Made by a program: the position numbers and the translations under genes. A DNA stretch of 64,000 bases, from positions 11,222,001 through 11,286,000 of the forward strand of contig CM106586.1 in NCBI GenBank assembly GCA_048013815.1, read 5' to 3'. Position 1 is the stretch's first letter, and every line of letters starts with the position of its first letter. The DNA comes from Setoptus koraiensis. Taxonomy: Eukaryota > Animalia > Arthropoda. This document shows positions 58,817 through 64,000 of this stretch, piece after piece. The notes beneath the pieces are model-generated. The model saw only the letters and a program-made list of their open reading frames with translations, had not been told where the DNA came from and ran no database searches.

Positions 58817-59134
58817 TGAGGATTGGAGGCCGCAACTGCGGGAGTTGCCTCTTGCTCACCTGGTTGATTTCAGCCAAAATCAAATTTGCATATTATTGTC
58901 ATTGGAACAATGTGAAAATTAATGCTTGACATCAATATTGGAAAATATATCTGTGCTGCTGTTGCTCTCGTTAATGGGTCCAACAGCAGCACAGATATAT
59001 TTTCCAATATTGATGTCAAGCATTATAATTAATTTTCACATTGTTCCAATGACAATAATATGCAAATTTGATTTTGGCTGAAATCAACCAGGTGAGCAAG
59101 AGGCAACTCCCGCAGTTGCGGCCTCCAATCCTCA
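58817..59134. repeat. Near-perfect long inverted repeat (arms 58817-58964 and 58981-59134; 16-nt loop)
   Basis: The arms are reverse complements apart from a 6-nt insertion in the right arm. Confidence 0.97.
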
Positions 59135-59349
59135 ACCCGCAGAATCTAAGCCCGAAGAGCCACCGGCGGAGGAGGCCAAGGCTGATGAGGCCAAACCGGT
59201 AGATGCGAAGGCTGAGGAGGCTAAACGCGCAATGAAGCAGCCAAGCCCGAGAAGGAACCCAAGACTGCCGGAGCGGAACCAGAAGAGAAGGCGGAAGAAA
59301 AGAAAGAGGGTGCGGAAAAGGAAGAGGAGTGCGAGGAAAAGACAAGTGA
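59092..59349 (+). pseudogene. Frameshifted terminal exon of a Glu/Lys/Ala/Pro-rich protein
   Basis: After acceptor-like AACCAG: GEQEATPAVAASNPQPAESKPEEPPAEEAKADEAKPVDAKAEEAK, a frameshift, EAAKPEKEPKTAGAEPEEKAEEKKEGAEKEEE, and the ending GACAAG TGA. The 3' flank is shared with 62851-62890. Confidence 0.65.
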
Positions 59350-59536
59350 TCCTGATTCAATCAGTATCTCGAGCGCTTAATTTTTTAGATAGACGAGTAT
59401 CGTCGGAATATGGATGCGAGCATGTGACAACATGTAGGAGATACACATCTAGGCCTGTCAGATCAGAGTAGCCGGAAAGATGACAGAATGAATACAAGTT
59501 CTCCAAATTTATATCGCAACAAGATAAACATGTGGG

Positions 59537-60867
59537 CGAGCAGCTGGAACTCTTATGAGGAATTCGAATTTTCAATATTCGAAGTTCAAATTGTTACCAT
59601 CGGACTCCGACCATTGAACACTGACCAAGGAACTCTGAACGAGCATCAGATGAAACTATCATCAGGAATTGGTATTTTCGAATTTCGAATTTCCAAGTTC
59701 AAATTGTGACCATCAAAGTCTGACCACCGAACTCTGACCACCGAATTCTGACCATCGAACTCCGACAGAGCAGATGAAACTATCATCAGAAATTCGAATT
59801 TTCAATTTCGAATTTCGAAGTTCGAAATGTGACCATCGAACTCTGACCACCGAACTCTGACCATCGAACTTCGACAGAGCAGATGAAACTATCATCAGAA
59901 ATTCGAATTTTCAATTTCGAATTTCGAAGTTCGAAATGTGACCATCGAACTCTGTACAAGCACCTGAAACTAGTGTCGGAAATTCAAATTTTCAATTTCG
60001 AATTTCGAAGTTCGAATTGTGACCACGGAACTCTGACCATCGAACTCTGACCATCGAACTTCGAACTCCAACCATCGAACTTCGACAGAGCAGATGAAAC
60101 TATCATCAGAAATTCGAATTTTCAATTTCGAATTTCGAAGTTCGAAATGTGACCATCGAACTATGTACAAGCATCTGGAACTATCATCAGAAATTCGAAT
60201 TTTCAATTTTCGAACTCCGAACTTCGAATTGTGACCATCGAACTCTGACCACCGAACTCTGACCATCGAACTTCGAACTCCAACCATCGAACTTCGACAG
60301 AGCAGATGAAACTATCATCAGAAATTCAAATTTTCAATTTCGAATTTCGAAGTTCGAAGTTCGAATTGTGACCACAGAACTCTGACCACAGAACTCTGAC
60401 CACAGAACTCTGACCATCGAACATCGAACGAGCAGCTGAAACTCTCATCAGAAATTCGAATTTTCAATTTTCGAATTTCGAACTTCGAATTGTGACCATC
60501 GAACTCTGACCACGGAACTCTGACCATCGAAATCCTACAATGCAGATGAAACTATCACCAGAAATTCGAATTTTCAATTTCTAAGTTCGAACTTCGAATC
60601 GTCGACCACAGAACTCTGACCACGGAACTCTGACCATCGAACATCGAACGAGCAGAAGAAACTCTCATGAGGGATGCGAATTTTCAATTTAGAATTTCGA
60701 AGTTCGAAATGTGACCATGGAACTCTGACCACCGAACTCTGACCATCGAACTTCGAACTCCAACTATCGAACTTCGACAGAGCAGATGAAACTATCATAA
60801 GAAATTCGAATTTTCAATTTCGAATTTCGAAGTTCGAAATGTGACCGTCGAACTATGTACAAGCATC
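59537..60867 (+). repeat. Complex satellite array: ~80-130-bp monomers built from 14-bp (GAACTCTGACCATC) and 7-bp (TTCGAAN) subrepeats
   Basis: Directly visible. One monomer has a 109-bp period (59764 to 59873); higher-order period is 692 bp. Confidence 0.97.
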
Positions 60868-61727
60868 GGTTGTTCTAGCGAATAGTGCCACACCCAGATT
60901 CTGATGAAACTTCCGGTATAGGTTCATCTTGACCTCAATAGAACGGAAAAAGTGGTCCGGAAGTGCGGAAACTTCCGGTTCCGGTTTTACCTCAAGTCAG
61001 AGCTGGACGTCTAAAACTCACCATAATAGCGTTCCAAAAGACGCTGAACACGATGGCATAATTTTCAGCTCGGTGCGACTTCCGGTTCTCAAGATATTGG
61101 CTTATATATAGGTTTGGAAGACCGGAAGTTGACGAATTTCAGCTTCGCTGCACTCGGGTATGGACCTGCGATGGGTCTGAGAACTCGGCCTGCGGCCTCG
61201 TATTCTGGAGGCCGTCACATCTCCGTCGTCGCTCCCGCGACGACTGCGTGCGACGGGAACCCTTCGGGTAGGGTTGATGAGCGCTTCGGGTATCGGGCTT
61301 CGCCCTCTACCCTCCGCTCACGTGACTGCAAATCATGGAAAATTCTTGGTTGAAGAAATGCGACGATAGAAACTGAATTCATCACAATGATGCGTATCAT
61401 CAAGAATCGGAAAGATATCGGGATGAATTGGCGCGCGTATATACTCGTGCGCGCGGATGCTTCGTTCCGAGCGGAATACCCGCGCGGTTTTTCCTGAATA
61501 TCTCTAGAACCGAGAGCCGCACACAAGTGAAACGAACTCCGTTGTACTCAGCATGATTGCATCCTGCTGTTCATCAAATTTCATGGCTCTAGCTTGAAGT
61601 TTGTGTAAAACCGGAACCGGAAGTTTCCGCACTTCCGGACTAGCGAATCTGTTGTTTGGGGGCCCTTCGGGGCCCATGTGTGAAGTTTGGTTGAAATCTG
61701 AGTGTGGCACTATTCGCTAGAACACCC
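60868..61727. mobile_element. Non-autonomous DNA transposon (MITE), 860 bp, Merlin-like
   Basis: TIRs GG(T/G)TGTTCTAGCGAATAGTGCCACAC(C/T)CAGATT; 8-bp TSD CAAGCATC at 60860-60867 and 61728-61735; uninterrupted empty site at 60168-60175; a second, perfect 36-bp internal IR (60955-60990 / 61605-61640); no transposase ORF. Confidence 0.9.
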
Positions 61728-62520
61728 CAAGCATCTGGAACTATCATCAGAAATTCGAATTTTCAATTTTCGAACTCCGAACTTCGAATTGTGACCATCG
61801 AACTCTGACCACCGAACTCTGACCATCGAACTTCGAACTCCAACCATCGAACTTCGACAGAGCAGATGAAACTATCATCAGAAATTCAAATTTTCAATTT
61901 CGAATTTCGAAGTTCGAAGTTCGAATTGTGACCACAGAACTCTGACCACAGAACTCTGACCACAGAACTCTGACCATCGAACATCGAACGAGCAGCTGAA
62001 ACTCTTATCAGAAATTCGAATTTTCAATTTTCGAACTCCGAACTTCGAATTGTGACCATCGAACTCTGACCACGGAACTCTGACCATCGAACACTGACCA
62101 TCGAACATAGACCAAGCAGCTGAAACTCTCATCAGAAATTCGAATCTTCAATTTTCGAATTTCGAACTTCGAATCGTCACCACAGAACTCTTACCACGGA
62201 ACTCTGACCATCGAACATCGAACGAGCAGATGGAACTATCATCAGAAATTCGAATTTTCAATTTCGAATTTCGAACTTCGAATTGTGACCATCGAACTTT
62301 GACCACGGAACTCTGACCATCGAACATCGAACGAGCAGATGGAACTATCATCAGAAATTCGAATTTTCAATTTCGAACTTCGAAGTTCGAAATGTTACCA
62401 CCGAACTCTGACCATAGAACTAAGAACACTCAACCACTAACTTTGAACGAGCAGCTAAAACTCTTATTAGAAATTCGAATTTTCAATTTTGAAGTTCGAT
62501 TTGTCACCACCGAACTGCGC
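61728..62520 (+). repeat. Continuation of the satellite array after the MITE
   Basis: 61728-62005 is an exact copy of 60168-60445. Confidence 0.97.
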
Positions 62521-62531
62521 ACAAATGTGAC

Positions 62532-63098
62532 CTAGTCAAATCTCCATAGAATTGCATACGAAATATTTTCGAGTGAAGGGATAATAGACCAAGTCGAATC
62601 TACATAGGAATACATGTGTAATGTCTAGCAGGATTCTCACAAATTTGACTAAGTCAGACCTCCATAGGATTACATAGTCACGTGAATAAACGTAGTCATA
62701 ATCACCACCCCAATAGCAGCTTAATTAAAATTAAGCGCTAAAAAAGGAGGCCAAAGAGGAATAGGCCAAGTCTGACGAGGCCAAGCCAGAGTAAAAGACT
62801 GAAGAAAAGAAGGACGAGGCCGAGGACAAGAAAGATGAGGCCAAGGATAACAAGTGATCCTGATTCAATCAGTATCTCGAGCGCTTAATTAGCGCTTAAT
62901 TTTAATTAAGTTGCTATTGGTTTGGTGTTTGTTGCTAATCTATTCACGTGACAATGTAATCCTATGGAGGTTTGACTTAGTCAAATTTGTGAGAATCCTG
63001 CTAGACATAACACATGTATTCCTATGTAGATTCGACTTGGTCTATTATCGCTTCACTCGAAAATATTTCGTATGCAATCCTATGGAAATTTGACCTAG
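62532..63098. repeat. Diverged inverted repeat: ~208-bp arms (62532-62739 and 62891-63098) around a 151-bp spacer
   Basis: The arms are reverse complements with scattered substitutions, both end in TTAAGCGCT, and both continue outward into inverted satellite. Confidence 0.95.
62741..62857 (+). pseudogene. Second Glu/Lys/Ala-rich terminal exon fragment, with in-frame TAG and TAA
   Basis: KKEAKEE*AKSDEAKPE*KTEEKKDEAEDKKDEAKDNK*, followed by the same 3' flank as the 59.3-kb copy (ACAAGTGATCCTGATTCAATCAGTATCTCGAGCGCTTAATT). Confidence 0.6.
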
Positions 63099-63111
63099 CC
63101 GAATTAGTGAG

Positions 63112-63799
63112 GAGTTCGGTGGTGACAATTCACCACTTCGGAATTCAAAATTCGAATTCCTGATGACAGTTCCATCTGCCCGTTCGACGTTGGATGGTCG
63201 GAGTTCGATGGTCACAATTCCAAGGTCGAACTTCGAAATTCGAAATTGAAAATCCGAATTCCTGATGAGAGTTTCAGCTGCTCTTTCGATGTTCGATGGT
63301 CAGAGTTCCGTGGTGAGAGTTCGATGGTCAGAGTTCCGTGGTGAGAGTTCGATGGTCACAATTCGATCTTCGAAATTCGAAATTGAAAATTGAAAATTCG
63401 AATTCCTGATGACAGTTCCATCTGCTCGTTCGATGTTTGATGGTCAGAGTTCGGTGGTCAGAGTTCGATGGTCACATTTCGAACTTCGAAATTCGAAATT
63501 GAAAATTCGAATTTCTGATGATAGTTTCATCTGCTCTGTCGAAGTTCGATGGTCAGAGTTCGATGGTCAATGTTCGATGGTCACATTTCGAACTTCGAAA
63601 TTGAAAATTCGAATTTCCGATACGAGTTCCAGGTGCTTGTACACAGTTCGATGGTCACAATTTGAAGTTCGCTGGTGATAATTCGAACTTCGATGGTCAC
63701 ATTTCGAACTTAGAAATTCGAAATTGAAAATTCGAATTTCTGATGACAGTTCCATCTGCTCGTTCGATGTTCGATGGTCACATTTTGAAGTTCGGTGGT
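63112..63799 (-). repeat. Satellite array in reverse orientation
   Basis: GTTCGATGGTCAGAGTTC units; mirror image of 61.7-62.5 kb. Confidence 0.97.
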
Positions 63800-63850
63800 T
63801 AACAGGTTGTCATAAACTCCTTTGAATCCTTCAACAATACTTGTCCACAC

Positions 63851-63995
63851 AAAAAATTAAGCGCTCGAAATACTGATTTGATCAGTATTACTTGTTTTCT
63901 AGTTAAAAAAAGCACTGATTTGTTCTACCCACGTGAATAAACGTAGAGCCCAGAACCACATCAATAGCTACTTAATTAAAATTAAGCGCTAAAAA
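63851..63995. repeat. Third, degenerate copies of the E/K 3' flank (reverse, 63851-63895) and of the arm end (forward, ~63930-63995)
   Basis: AAAAAATTAAGCGCTCGAAATACTGATTTGATCAGTATTACTTGT and CACGTGAATAAACGTAG...CTTAATTAAAATTAAGCGCTAAAAA match the modules at 59.3 and 62.7 kb. Confidence 0.85.
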
Positions 63996-64000
63996 TTGTC

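Noticed and set aside
59537-63799. Hammerhead ribozyme in the satellite (CTGATGA and GAAA motifs on the reverse-orientation strand)
   Set aside because: No stem II closing pair or stem I can be formed in the required order around the core nucleotides.
59537-63799. Heat-shock element arrays, and the ORFs called inside the satellite
   Set aside because: GAA/TTC spacing is mostly 0 or 1 nt rather than the 2 nt required for nGAAn arrays. The ORFs are repetitive translations of the repeat with no transposase motifs.

Overview
Eukaryotic, gene-dense, intron-poor DNA. It is most consistent with a miniaturised arthropod genome such as a small acariform/eriophyoid-type mite; the taxon is inference only. 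The window has three compartments. (1) 2.7-26.8 kb and 46.5-54.8 kb hold conserved housekeeping genes: NF-YA, V-ATPase H, Kunitz-containing spondin, SRSF3/Rbp1-like, TBC1D20, ABCG, an 8-exon 4CL/luciferase-like acyl-CoA synthetase, FAH, a mini-Phactr, FARS2, cactin and a partial CRTC. Most are intronless or have one short intron (all modelled introns are 80-181 nt), and several appear to lack ancestral domains. (2) 27.7-44.4 kb is an uninterrupted run of eight genes for secreted or cell-surface proteins: three orphans, a tandem triplet of ~240-aa orphan secreted paralogs with hypervariable blocks, and two very divergent pepsin-family proteases. This is a candidate effector/saliva island. (3) 54.9-64 kb is a rearranged repeat compartment. 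It contains a hierarchical TTCGAA-rich satellite in both orientations, an 860-bp Merlin-like MITE with an 8-bp TSD whose empty site is visible in the window, two large inverted repeats, and gene fragments (aminopeptidase N-terminus, a Q/S-rich frame with three in-frame TAGs, Glu/Lys-rich pseudo-exons). This compartment resembles a Foldback/Pack-type element, but assembly chimerism is not excluded. No rRNA, tRNA or CRISPR array could be supported. Exon coordinates were derived by hand from GT-AG sites and reading-frame continuity.
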